A DNA stretch of 64,000 nucleotides from Candidatus Obscuribacteraceae bacterium (GTDB lineage Bacteria > Cyanobacteriota > Vampirovibrionia > Obscuribacterales > Obscuribacteraceae), in assembly GCA_044226015.1 (NCBI GenBank), contig JBGAHS010000007.1, positions 160,001 through 224,000 on the forward strand, given 5' to 3'. Positions 19,239 to 29,500 of the stretch are shown one piece after another. Position numbers and translations under genes: made by a program. The notes beneath the pieces are model-generated. The model saw nothing but the letters and a program-made list of their open reading frames with translations. It ran no database searches and was not told where the DNA came from. Every line of letters begins with the position of its first letter. The first letter of the stretch is position 1.

Positions 19239-21491
19239 CTATTCTTCTTTATTGCCGGCCAGAGAGTAAAATCCGCGCCCTTCGGTGGCATAGCGTTTTA
19301 GTAGTGGACAAACTGTGCGCTCAGCCGCCGAATTTGCGGCGAATGACGCTGCATAGAATGACTCGAGCTTTTGCACTACCTGAGCCAGTCCAAGCTGGTC
19401 GGCGTATTTCAGAAGACCGCCTCTGAAAGCGGGAAATCCTACACCGAGAATGAGGGCAAAGTCAATGTCACGTGGTCTTGCCACTACTCGTTCTTCAAGG
19501 CATCGCGCTGCTTCATCTAGCATGGCGAATACCATTCTGTTTATGATGCGTTCCTTTTCTGTCTGAGTGTATTTTTCCTCGGAAACAACTGCCCCCGTTT
19601 TTTCAAGCATGTCGGGGTTGATACCAAGTTTCTTTTCGCTGTTTTCCCAGAGGAAAAAGCCGAAGTTGCCACGCCTTCCAGACATGCCGATAGCGCAAAC
19701 ACGTTTGAAAATTTCCGGAGATTGCATGCGGTGCCCAAGCCCCTCTTCAAGATTTTTGGCTACAGTGAATGCGACGTCAATGCCAATTTCATCCATTAGC
19801 TGCATTGGTCCCATTGGCATACCAAACTCTAGTAGTGCGTCCTCAGCCCAGTTTACTGGTGTACCCTCTTCAGCCAGTCTGGCAAACTCAAAGAGGTAAA
19901 CAGTAAGCAGTCTGTTGATTAGAAAACCGGGCTTATCTTTGACTGTGAGCGATGTCTTGTCCAATTTCAAAATAAAGTTCGTTGCTTTTGCAAGCGCTGA
20001 TTTGCTGGTCGATGTATGGGCAATCAGTTCTACCAGAGGCATACGATCCACAGGGTGGAAGAAATGTACGCCCAGGAAATTCTCGGGCTTAGTCACCGAT
20101 TGGCTTAGCTCAGTGACGGAGAGAGCTGAGGTGTTCGTAGCTATGATGCATTTTTCATTGGCAGCTGTAGAAAGCTCTTTCAGTTTTTCGGCTTTTATCT
20201 CGTATTGCTCTGCCACGCATTCAATTATCAGCTCAGCCTTTGAAAGCTCTTGCACGTCGCTGACAATTTCTATTTTGGAGAGAATCTGGTCGAGAGCTTC
20301 TTGTTTCGACTCTGCATCATGTTTTACAGCCTTGCGCAGGGCGCCACGTTGTGCAAGCTCGCTTATCTTCTCTTTTACATTGCCGATTTTGCTTAGGTCA
20401 GTTTTTACTATTGCTTTGATACCGCTGGCGGCGGCAAGCTCTGCCAGGCTGCAGCCCATGTTGCCAGCACCGATGATGCCAATTGTGTTTACCTCTGATT
20501 CTGGAAACTTCCTAATTAGTGACTGAGCCGACGCCTTCGCAAGGTCTGAATTAAATACAAGCGAAATCAGGTTTGCCGAAACTTCACCAGCAGCAAGTTC
20601 TGCAAATGACTGAGATTCGACTTTTAACCCTTCAACGAGTCCCTTTTGCAAGCCAACGCGAATTGCTTTTATGGCCTCTGGTTGCGCTGGGTAGTGTCCT
20701 TTGCTGCGCAGTTTCACTGCTCTCTCTGAGACTGCAAGCATCTTTTCGGCCTTCTCAGGACTTAAATCAGTCAAGCAGTATGGTGTAGCTTTTACATCAG
20801 CGCTTGGAGTTTGCAGCTCTTCCTTGTTCTTTTTGACGAGCGCCTTCCATTCCGGCGAATCTATAAGCGCAAGTGCCTTCTCCTCTGCTTTCTCAATGAG
20901 CTGGTCGCTATTTACGAGGTCTTCTATCATTCCCATTTCTTTGGCTTGTTGGGAACTAACAGTGTTTGCACTTAGTATCATATCTAGTGCCGCTTTTAGT
21001 CCTACCATGCGCGGCAGGCGCTGAGTGCCACCGAGTCCAGGAATGAGTCCGAGTCTTGTTTCTGGTAATCCGAGAATTGTTTTTTCGTCAGTAGTCGCGA
21101 CTCGCCAGTGGCAAGAAAGCGCAATTTCGAGTCCGCCCCCAAGGCACGCACCGTTAATGGCAATTACGAAGGGTTTGCTGAATGTGGAAATTCGATTTAG
21201 CAGTGTTTGACCAGTTCTCGATAGTTTCAGCAAATCTTCTACGGACTCAGTTTTGCGAATCTCATACAGGTCTGCACCGATAATGAAACTGTCGTGTTTA
21301 CCGGAAATACCAATTACCGCTTTGATGGAGTCGTCTCTTTCGATTACGTCGAGAATTGAATTTAGTTCTTGAATCGTGGAGGTGCCCAGAGAATTAAACT
21401 TGCTGGCAGAGTCGAACATTATGAGCGCTACGCCCGAACTCCTTTTCACTGTTGTGAGTTCACGCTTAGTCTCTAGAGATTGTGTTGTCAT
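19239..21491 (-). CDS. Fatty-acid oxidation complex alpha subunit (enoyl-CoA hydratase/3-hydroxyacyl-CoA dehydrogenase, FadJ/FadB family)
   Basis: GGGLE, LPETRLGLIPGLGGTQRLPR, GAGNMG, TNTSAL, HFFHP, GFLINR; start ATG 21491 after AGGAAG preferred to 21662. Confidence 0.92.
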   Translation of the reverse strand: MTTQSLETKRELTTVKRSSGVALIMFDSASKFNSLGTSTIQELNSILDVIERDDSIKAVIGISGKHDSFIIGADLYEIRKTESVEDLLKLSRTGQTLLNRISTFSKPFVIAINGACLGGGLEIALSCHWRVATTDEKTILGLPETRLGLIPGLGGTQRLPRMVGLKAALDMILSANTVSSQQAKEMGMIEDLVNSDQLIEKAEEKALALIDSPEWKALVKKNKEELQTPSADVKATPYCLTDLSPEKAEKMLAVSERAVKLRSKGHYPAQPEAIKAIRVGLQKGLVEGLKVESQSFAELAAGEVSANLISLVFNSDLAKASAQSLIRKFPESEVNTIGIIGAGNMGCSLAELAAASGIKAIVKTDLSKIGNVKEKISELAQRGALRKAVKHDAESKQEALDQILSKIEIVSDVQELSKAELIIECVAEQYEIKAEKLKELSTAANEKCIIATNTSALSVTELSQSVTKPENFLGVHFFHPVDRMPLVELIAHTSTSKSALAKATNFILKLDKTSLTVKDKPGFLINRLLTVYLFEFARLAEEGTPVNWAEDALLEFGMPMGPMQLMDEIGIDVAFTVAKNLEEGLGHRMQSPEIFKRVCAIGMSGRRGNFGFFLWENSEKKLGINPDMLEKTGAVVSEEKYTQTEKERIINRMVFAMLDEAARCLEERVVARPRDIDFALILGVGFPAFRGGLLKYADQLGLAQVVQKLESFYAASFAANSAAERTVCPLLKRYATEGRGFYSLAGNKEE

Positions 21492-21692
21492 GTGCTTCCT
21501 GCCTGCTGACGCCATCCGTGGTGCGACCACTTCTTTTACCATATATGTCCGATATGTGCCTGTCCTCTGCATGCTAATGCAAAGGCATGTGTCATCGTGT
21601 TGCCAACCGTCGGACAGAAAGCTCGTCCTGATAAATGCGCTTCTGAGATTTGCGCCTGGCATAGCTTCGGCTGGTTTAGCCTGGCATCGAAT

Positions 21693-22238
21693 TTAAAGGC
21701 TTGAGTCTTCTTCGATTTGCTTGTGTCGTTTCATGCCTTTGGCTATCAGCCCACCGCCGATTGCAAGCGGTAAGACGATGAGGAGTAAGCTGAAGAAGCT
21801 CATAGAATTGAGGTAGATGTGCAAATTTACTATGACTGTGAAAACTATTCCGCATAGACCCCCAGCCATCAAGCCCCATCCAAGCTTATTCTTGAAGTCG
21901 TAAAAGAGAAAACCAAAGCCTATCAAAAAGAGCAAGAGAAACAAGCCCTGCCCCGAGCCAGCGCCAATGAATCCCCAGCCGAACCATCCACTGCTAACTC
22001 TCAAATTGCTAAAGAGAATCAAAATTCCAAGAAGGACAGCACCGAAACCCTTCAGAACTGTCATATCAGCTTTGCTGGCTTCTGATTCTTGCATCGGACT
22101 GAGTGGTTTTTTGTAGCCAGGGCTGAGGCTCTTCCCCTTCTGGCCGGAAGCCGGAAGATTGCTCGAGCTTTCCTCTTTCATTGAAAGTTCCAGCTGACGC
22201 AGCTTTTCTTCTATCTTGTCTTCTGGTGATTTGCTCAT
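21693..22238 (-). CDS. Hypothetical membrane protein (~4 TM helices)
   Basis: Four Gly-rich hydrophobic segments after a charged N-terminus. Confidence 0.75.
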   Translation of the reverse strand: MSKSPEDKIEEKLRQLELSMKEESSSNLPASGQKGKSLSPGYKKPLSPMQESEASKADMTVLKGFGAVLLGILILFSNLRVSSGWFGWGFIGAGSGQGLFLLLFLIGFGFLFYDFKNKLGWGLMAGGLCGIVFTVIVNLHIYLNSMSFFSLLLIVLPLAIGGGLIAKGMKRHKQIEEDSSL

Positions 22239-22520
22239 TGTTTTGTTGCCTTGTATCCGTTGGATATCTTATCTGACTCGGAATGTATTGTCTTAGCATG
22301 GTCGTCAAGCAGAGGCGCTCTCCAGAACTATTATGGCTGAAGATGAAAATTTCTCCACAAATCAAATTTTTCTTCTAGAATGAAACATATTCTTCCCCGG
22401 CAAGGTCGAAGGTCTTAGCGTAATTTTTGCATTTTGTGCAAAAACTGTTGCTGATACGGGATAAAACGTTATCAAGGGGTATAACTAACTTACAGGTTTT
22501 TGCCCCACTAGGAAGGAAAC

Positions 22521-23912
22521 TTGCGCATGTTCAAAGCAGTTCGGAAGAACTTTCTGCTTTTGTCCGCTTGTATTGCTCTGCTTTCTCAGAATGCAGGGCA
22601 CGCTGCCTCGTACAAAGACGACGCCGCTCCTGGCTTGGGAGAAGGTGCTGGCGTGTGGGTGAACCTGTGGAATTACCCAGAGGGCGATCTCGATGCCTAC
22701 TGCCGTGACTTAACCGAACACGGCATCAAAAATATTTTCCTGCAAACTTCCAGAAGCAATACTCCATCTATTGTCAATCAAGCCAAGCTTGGTCAGGTGC
22801 TCGACGCTGCTCATAGACACGGCATCCGAGTCATGGCGTGGTCTTTTGCGGAACTGACTAACCCTGAGTCTGATGCAATCAAAATGGTAGAGGCTTGCGA
22901 ATACACAAGCCCAACCGGCCAGCATGTCGATGGTGCTGCGCCTAACATGGAGAAGAACCTCGAGCCCTGGCGCATAGAGAAATACGCGCAGACGATTCGC
23001 GCAAAGCTAGGACCGAACTACCCTATGATCGCGGTAGTGTATAGCCCGCTCAATAAGTGCTTCGAAGTGAAGCGCATTTCCTGGTCATTGCTGGCAAAAT
23101 ACTTCGATGTTATTGCTCCAATGATTTACTGGAACAGCAAGTACGAGAAGATTGAACCATACAGCTATACCGTTCGAACGGTGCAGAAAATTCGCGAATT
23201 GTCTGGCAAGGCAGATATTGAAATTAGCGCTATTGGTGATGGCATGGGTAGTGGCAGTGCTGCAATACATGATTTCATGCGCGCCTGTCGTGATTCTGAA
23301 GTAACTGGAATCAGCCTCTATCCGAACCAGCGAATAACGCAAGAGCAGAAGGAATCAGTCGCTCACCATGGCGATTACCTGAAGCCGAATGCTCGCTTCC
23401 GCCTGGCTGCGTTCCGTGAATACGTCAAGCAGGGGCACCTCAGCGCTCCAGAGGGAAATGACCCTGCCCGACCAGTAAATAGACGAGAGTTCTACAAGCT
23501 TATTGTGCGTCAGCTCTATCCAGCCTTTACTCCTTCCAAGAATGACAGGCACAATCACAGTGCCCTTCCTTCTGTGGCTGAGTGCAGAGATGCCAGTGGA
23601 GAACAGGCTCTCCAAATTCTTGTGAGTCTTGGGCTGGTTGCAGACATGTCGGAAATCAGTTCAATTCAGGGAATTCTCGATTCACCAATTTATCCAGAAG
23701 AAGCAATGTCGCTAGTTGCCACCATTCTTGAACTCGATAAGCAAAAGGTTCTGGGGCACAAGCACAACGTAGCGCACCGGGCTGACCGATGGTTAGTACC
23801 TAGCGCCAACGCTGAATCAGCTGCTAGTGCTGGTTCTGCCGCTAACAGGCGCGCACTGGACTACATTGATGCTTCGCACATGATTCTCCATGCAGCTTCT
23901 TCGCTGAAATAA
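22521..23912 (+). CDS. Secreted glycoside-hydrolase-like (TIM-barrel) protein with SLH-like C-terminal region
   Basis: Signal peptide; GVW...IFLQ...AAHRHGIRVMAW...DVIAPMIYW pattern; PARPVNRREF resembles an SLH motif. Confidence 0.55.
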   Translation: MRMFKAVRKNFLLLSACIALLSQNAGHAASYKDDAAPGLGEGAGVWVNLWNYPEGDLDAYCRDLTEHGIKNIFLQTSRSNTPSIVNQAKLGQVLDAAHRHGIRVMAWSFAELTNPESDAIKMVEACEYTSPTGQHVDGAAPNMEKNLEPWRIEKYAQTIRAKLGPNYPMIAVVYSPLNKCFEVKRISWSLLAKYFDVIAPMIYWNSKYEKIEPYSYTVRTVQKIRELSGKADIEISAIGDGMGSGSAAIHDFMRACRDSEVTGISLYPNQRITQEQKESVAHHGDYLKPNARFRLAAFREYVKQGHLSAPEGNDPARPVNRREFYKLIVRQLYPAFTPSKNDRHNHSALPSVAECRDASGEQALQILVSLGLVADMSEISSIQGILDSPIYPEEAMSLVATILELDKQKVLGHKHNVAHRADRWLVPSANAESAASAGSAANRRALDYIDASHMILHAASSLK

Positions 23913-23935
23913 ACTATCCGTGCGAAATTCATTGC

Positions 23936-25264
23936 TTACTTGCTTTTGATATTCGGCATGAAGTATTTTTGCGCAGAGGCAGCTGTTTTTGGTCTGCCGT
24001 GGTAATTGTGATCGATATACTCCAAATCTACCAGGCTGCCGCTTGGAATTGCTGTGTACTTGAGTTTAAGCTCGTAGTCACAACCACCTGTGGGTCCGAT
24101 GCGGATGATCATTCGACCATCTCTGGTTTGGGTCGGAGGTGGCTGAAGTACTAGACAGCCGTGTGATGCTGGGGTGTCGCGCCAGACATCTGTTCCCCAG
24201 GAGTTTTCTTGCAAGAAATGTTCGTAGAAAGTTTTGAGTTGCATCGGAGTCAGCGCTGTCGTGAACTGTACTGTCCTTGAATGGTAAACGTCATCCTTCC
24301 CCGTTTTCATTATTTGGGCCGGATAAGGGAACTCTGGAACATAGTCGAAATGTGGCAAATAGCCGCCCGTATGTTTAGGTGGCTCAGCCTTGGGCAGATT
24401 TGCAAGTGATCGAGTTTTGCTAGACCAGGAAAATTTCGAAGTTGCTGCAGCAGATTCATTCTTATCTAAATTGAACGAGTTTATGAATTCTAGCACTGCC
24501 GGCGACACCATCTTTCCTCGCTGTCCAGAAACGGCAATCAAGTAAGCTTTGCTTTCTGACTTAAAAATTAGTGCCTTTGTTTCAACAGCTTCGTCCCCAT
24601 TTGCTTTGCTGACAAACTCAAACTGTCTTGCCGGCAGGCTCTTAAATGTGACGTCGGCCTCTTTGTATTCTCTTGCCTCTAAGCCTCCAGCCGCCAAGCT
24701 GGCGAAGTCCGCTTGTAATTTACTCAGGTCTAGTTTCTGGTCTACTGCCACAAACGCAATTGTCGACTTGAACCCGCTTTGCTCGGCAAAGAGCACAACA
24801 GCCATTTTTCCGAGCTGGGAAAGCTGTGCACGTTCTCTCTTTGGTGCTTTCCGGAAATCAACAGCGAAGAGTCCTTCGCCGCATTTGTACTTACCGTTTT
24901 GCGCTGCGTCAGCCGCCGTGATTTGCTTGCTCGATGCCGGCTCAGCATTGTTTTCGGAGTCCGTCTTAGGGCTGCTTTCTGAGTGTGTTTCAGGTTTGGA
25001 TTCGGGCTTAGAGTCAGATTTTTCTTGCTCGCTGAATTCGGAATTCTTTGTTTCCTTGTCTTCGCTATTGCCGCGTAAAACGCGAGCCCAATCGATATCA
25101 TGCGCTGGCTTCGAGTCCTTGCTTGATTCATCAGCTGAAGCTGTCGGTAGGTTGAGCGCGTTCAAAACCAGAAAAGTTTGCCAAACAGCAAGAACTGTAG
25201 TTCTGGAGAAAGCCGATAACAATTTCACGAGAATTAGAAAGCCTTTCGTTAGTATATGAGGCAA
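23936..25264 (-). CDS. Secreted hypothetical protein (acidic linker; possible PsbP/DcrB-like middle domain)
   Basis: Signal-like N-terminus, E/S/K-rich linker, FAVDF...YLIAVSG...FINSF pattern. Confidence 0.55.
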   Translation of the reverse strand: MPHILTKGFLILVKLLSAFSRTTVLAVWQTFLVLNALNLPTASADESSKDSKPAHDIDWARVLRGNSEDKETKNSEFSEQEKSDSKPESKPETHSESSPKTDSENNAEPASSKQITAADAAQNGKYKCGEGLFAVDFRKAPKRERAQLSQLGKMAVVLFAEQSGFKSTIAFVAVDQKLDLSKLQADFASLAAGGLEAREYKEADVTFKSLPARQFEFVSKANGDEAVETKALIFKSESKAYLIAVSGQRGKMVSPAVLEFINSFNLDKNESAAATSKFSWSSKTRSLANLPKAEPPKHTGGYLPHFDYVPEFPYPAQIMKTGKDDVYHSRTVQFTTALTPMQLKTFYEHFLQENSWGTDVWRDTPASHGCLVLQPPPTQTRDGRMIIRIGPTGGCDYELKLKYTAIPSGSLVDLEYIDHNYHGRPKTAASAQKYFMPNIKSK

Positions 25265-25332
25265 CCCGATACCACAGTCAAATATTGGGGCTGTGAATCT
25301 CCCTAAATTTGGGGTAATTAGTCTATCAGATC

Positions 25333-25359
25333 AAACCTTCCACCTTTGGGTGAAGGTTT
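25333..25359. promoter_or_regulatory. Inverted repeat in the divergent promoter region upstream of hpf
   Basis: AAACCTT-c-CACC-tttg-GGTG-AAGGTTT, flanked on both sides by TATCAGA. Confidence 0.45.
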
Positions 25360-25387
25360 ATCAGAAGATAATATGGGTACACTCAGG

Positions 25388-25533
25388 TTATGGAAACAAT
25401 CATTTTAGTGGAAAGGATCATCGCGGCTCCATGAAAGAGGACCCAGATGAAATGTTGGCTCTATAGTTTATGATTCCGGAGTTCAGTTGGCACCCGGTGC
25501 TGGCTCAAGCTTAGATGAAATTGTTTCCGATGA
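25388..25533 (+). ncRNA. Candidate structured 5' leader/cis-regulatory RNA of hpf
   Basis: GGAAACAAT (25392-25400) pairs with ATTGTTTCC (25520-25528); nested CATTTTAG/CTTAGATG, GGATCAT/ATGATTCC and GAGTTCAG..GGCAC-ccg-GTGCTGGCTC helices; TACACT -10-like box at 25378. Confidence 0.5.
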
Positions 25534-25607
25534 AGGCAGATGACTAGAAATAAAAATCCAAAATTGAATTTCTATTCTTCCAACAGCGAACTCTTGCATG
25601 GGGAGGT

Positions 25608-26207
25608 ATGTTCATGCATGTCACCGTAACCGGCCGAAATATTGATTTGACCCCGGCATTGAAGGATTACTTAATTGAGAAATTAAAACGAGCACAAAAG
25701 CATTTTGACCAGCCGCTGGACGCCACTGCGCTATTGAGTGTGGCGAAGAACCCCTCTATTGCAAATAACCAGACTGCTGAAGTGACCTTAAAAGTGAATG
25801 GAACAGTCATTCGCGGTGAGGAATCGACCGAAAACATGTACGCCTCAATCGACCTTGTTGCCGACAAGATTGAGCGTCAACTCCGAAAATACAAGACTCG
25901 CTATTGGCAGCGCAGTTCGAAGACAGTTCGTGATTCCTCTCCAGTTGTTCTTGATGAAATGGGTGAAGAGGAAGAAGATTACGAAATGGCTGTCGAAACA
26001 AAGACGCCGGGGTTTGAGCCTTCTAAACCAAAAATTGTTCGCTCGAAGCGCTTCCCCTTGAAACCGATGAAGCCAGAGGAAGCGGCAAGTCATATGGATT
26101 TGCTGGGGCATGACTTCTTCATGTTCATCAACTCCGAGTCTGGAATGGTCAACACTGTTTACCATCGCAGAGATGGAAACTATGGCTTGATTGAGCCAGA
26201 GTCTTAG
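25608..26207 (+). CDS. hpf: Ribosome hibernation promoting factor, long HPF (RaiA/LrtA family)
   Basis: VTGRNIDLTPALKDY, NMYASIDLVADKIERQLRKYK, and C-terminal MDLLGHDFFMF...YHRRDGNYGLIEP; GGGAGG RBS. Confidence 0.96.
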   Translation: MFMHVTVTGRNIDLTPALKDYLIEKLKRAQKHFDQPLDATALLSVAKNPSIANNQTAEVTLKVNGTVIRGEESTENMYASIDLVADKIERQLRKYKTRYWQRSSKTVRDSSPVVLDEMGEEEEDYEMAVETKTPGFEPSKPKIVRSKRFPLKPMKPEEAASHMDLLGHDFFMFINSESGMVNTVYHRRDGNYGLIEPES

Positions 26208-26230
26208 GCTCGACTTTTTCGAATCTATCG

Positions 26231-26261
26231 ACGCACGGCATTCTTGCCGTGCGTTTTTGTT
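26231..26261 (+). terminator. Intrinsic terminator of hpf
   Basis: ACGCACGGCA-ttct-TGCCGTGCGT followed by TTTTGTT. Confidence 0.85.
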
Positions 26262-26390
26262 AGCTGTTCCAGATGACGACGCTTCCAGGCTGAAAATTTG
26301 AACGCTGCTTTGTTCTACATTGGCAACTGCCAGGAACTTGCGCTTACCATTACTACAAAAAATATCGATCAGGTGCACAAGAAGTGCCGG

Positions 26391-26529
26391 TATGACAACT
26401 CTCCTTTAATAGTTGTTTGATCTAGGGTAGTTTCTGTATCTATGACAACTCGCTCTCGTATAAAATCGAGCGGGGCATTTGCCCTCGATGGAACAAAAAT
26501 GACCTTGCCAAGGTCACCTGATTTCAGGT
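26391..26529 (+). promoter_or_regulatory. Repeat/palindrome-rich upstream region of the giant TPR gene
   Basis: TATGACAACTC twice, 50 bp apart; ACAACT-N10-AGTTGT; TAAAAT at 26461; TGACCTTG-C-CAAGGTCA at 26500-26516. Confidence 0.45.
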
Positions 26530-26551
26530 TTTACCAAACTGGATTGCTACG

Positions 26552-29500
26552 ATGCAGAGAAAGGACGTTTTGGAATTGGCTATGAGTACCGCCCGCAACT
26601 TTGGAGCGTTCTGGTTCAACAACAACAGAAAGCGCGTGAGTTTATTGCTAGCAGCGACTATAACTTTAGGGCTGGCATTGCCGCCTCTGAGCTTTGCTGC
26701 AAGTGAAAGAGTAGTTTCGCTGAACAACGATGGGGTCAACGCTCTGAAGAGCAGCAATTACCCACTTGCCGTGCAGAAATTTCAGGAGTGCTTGAAGGTT
26801 GACCCGAGCTACAAACTTGCAAAGGAAAACCTGGCGATCTGTTTCAACAACTGGGGCATCTCGCTTCAAGGCAGTCCTGCTCAGGCAATCGACAAATTTC
26901 ACAAGTCGCTCTTTTACAGTCCAGACAACGCCACGGCTGTTCAGAACCTTGAAGTGACGATTCAAAACATGGGGAAAAATCCCCGCTCATTTGCTGATCG
27001 TGTTGAACTTGGTAAAGCTGCAAGACGTTCGGGCGACCTTGAGGGCGGCATTGTCGAGTTTGCTGAAGCACTGAAGCTGAAGGAAGATCCAGCTTTGCGT
27101 GTTGAGTTGGGAAATTTGTATTACGTGCGTGAGCGTGTTGATGATGCAATTGCGCAGTACAACATTGCTGCCAAAAATCCAAATCTTGACCCTGATATCA
27201 AAGCCAAAGTGTATAGAAGTTTGGGACAGGCATACCAGGCAAAGCAAGATTATCCTCACGCAGTCGAAGCTTACAATACTGCTATAACGTTGAACCGCAC
27301 AGACAAAGAAACGCTTGAAGCAAACAAAGCGGTTTGGATGGATGCAGTTAAGAAAGACCCGACGAATCCATCGAACCACGTTGGTCTCGGTCAGGCTTAC
27401 ATGTACATAGGCGACTTTGGTCAGGGCGAAGCAGAGCTTAGAACTGCACTTATGTTCGACAAGAGCAATGCGGCAGCAAATCAATTGCTTGCCAGAATTC
27501 CGCTGGCAAAACGCATGTTCGACCGCGACAAGCACATGGACAATGGTGTTGATTTACAACAACGTAAGCTTTATGACGCTGCGATTCAAGAATACAATGC
27601 AGCACTGGCGGCTGACACGTCACTTTCGAATCCCGCAGATAGAATCAGTGTAGAAATTTTCTTGAACCTGGGTTCTGCTTATCAGGCTAAAGAAGATTAT
27701 CAATCTGCGATTAGTTTCTATCAAAAGGCTCTTCAACTCAAGCCTGACTACCAGGCGGCACAAGAGGGCTTGAAGGTTTCGCAGGAAAGATTGAAAGGCA
27801 AACAGCTTGACGAAGCCGCTGCAGATGGTGCCAACCAATTTAAGGCAGGCAACTTCGCTGAAGCTTTGAAGCGCTACCAAATGATTCTCGCTAACAATCC
27901 TAAAGATCCTGCAGCACACTTTAACGTTGCTGCGACCTTGCAAGCGTTGAAGCAAATTGACCAGGCAATTGCTGAGTTCAAGACTGCTGTGCAGTTGGCT
28001 CCAGATAATAAGCAATATAAGGATTACTTGACCAAGGCAATTCAAGACAAGGCCGACCCAATCATCGATGCTGCTGTCAAAAAACACGCAGACAAAGATT
28101 ACGCTTCTGCTATTCCTTTGTATATGCAAGCGCTGGCTATCGTGCCAGACAACACCAAAGTTCTCTTCAATCTTGCCGCTTGCTATTACGCAAGGCAGCA
28201 ATTCCCAGAAGCACAAAAGCTTTATGAGCAGCTCTATCAGAAAGACCCCAAAGGTTATGTTGATGACCTGTGGTTGATAGGCACAATTCTGGAAAACAGC
28301 AAACGCGGAACAGATGCTCTTTCAACCTATACGAAGTACATCACTGAAGCACCGCGCGGAACCTATGTCACGCAAGCGAAGGATCGTATTGACGCTTTGC
28401 GCAAGGATCCTAACGACACAATGAAGATCAAGAGCGAGTCTGAAATCGCTCAAGACAAGCAAGCCGATGATGAATACAAAGCTGGTGTTGCGGCTCAGCA
28501 AAGTAAGAACTTCGACGAGGCATACCAACACTACATGAAGGCTTTCACCGTTAAGCCGAAAGACCCAACCATTGCGTTTGCAATTGGTACGATGTTCCAG
28601 CAAAAGGGTGACATCGATTCTGCAACGAAGTGGTTCCAGAATGCTATTGATCTTGCGGCTGCTGATTCTAAATTCGACAAGAAGACTGCTGATGAATTCA
28701 AGCAAGCGCTCAAGCAAGCGAAAATTGACTCTGCCAAGCCTATCGTTGACGAAGCGGTGAAAAGGCAGGCTTCTGGTGACCAGACTGGTGCTATTGAGTT
28801 GTATCAAAAAGCACTCGTGTCTGTTCCAGACAATGCGCGCATTTGGACTAATCTCGGTCAGGCTTATCAGCTTACTGACGATTTCGCTAAAGCAAGAGAT
28901 TGCTACGTGAAAGCCGTCACGCTTGATCCTAAGAATGAAAGCGCTGACTGGTACCTGATCGCGAAAATCGATGAAAACTACGGGCAAGGACCTGATGCTA
29001 TTAAGCACTACAGGCAGTATCTGCTTGGTTCGCCATCAGGGCAATATGTCGCTGATACAAACTCACGACTGGCTGAACTGAGCAAAGATGTGACCAAGAC
29101 TCAGAAGCTTCCAACTCAGTCTGAAATCAAGTCGACCAAGCTTGCCGACGATGAGTACAACGCTGGTCTGGCTGCACAGAAAGGCGGCAACCCGCAGGAA
29201 GCTCTCGGTCACTATCAGAAAGCTGTTGCAGCTAAACCTGATGAGTCGGCCTACGTAGAAGCTATCGCAACTTGCTATCAACAGTTGAAGGATTACGACA
29301 ATGCGTTGAGATCTTACGATCAAGCAATTGCACTCGCGACTAAGAACAATCGTCAAAAAGACATCGAAATCTACAAGCAACAACGTCAGTCTTGCGCTGA
29401 GGAAAAAGCTGGTCCTGTGGTTGATCAGGCTCTGGAGGCTTTCAATGCGAAGAACTATGCTAAGGCTGCTGATCTCTATGGTCAGGCAATTCAAAGCGTG

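Noticed and set aside
24549..25259. 236-aa plus-strand ORF and other long antisense ORFs (e.g. 19915-20526, 28322-29008, 33688-34269)
   Set aside because: They lie wholly opposite clear genes and are shadow frames with no recognisable motifs
25431..25553. Genome-wide TAG reassignment suggested by three in-frame TAGs
   Set aside because: Well-conserved genes here (hpf, yjbQ, lpxI) end normally at TAG, and a TAA at 25551 blocks read-through into hpf
25388..25607. The known raiA motif RNA, or 6S RNA
   Set aside because: I could not find the raiA-motif conserved segments, and the fold looks branched and shorter than a 6S rod; a cmscan is needed for certainty
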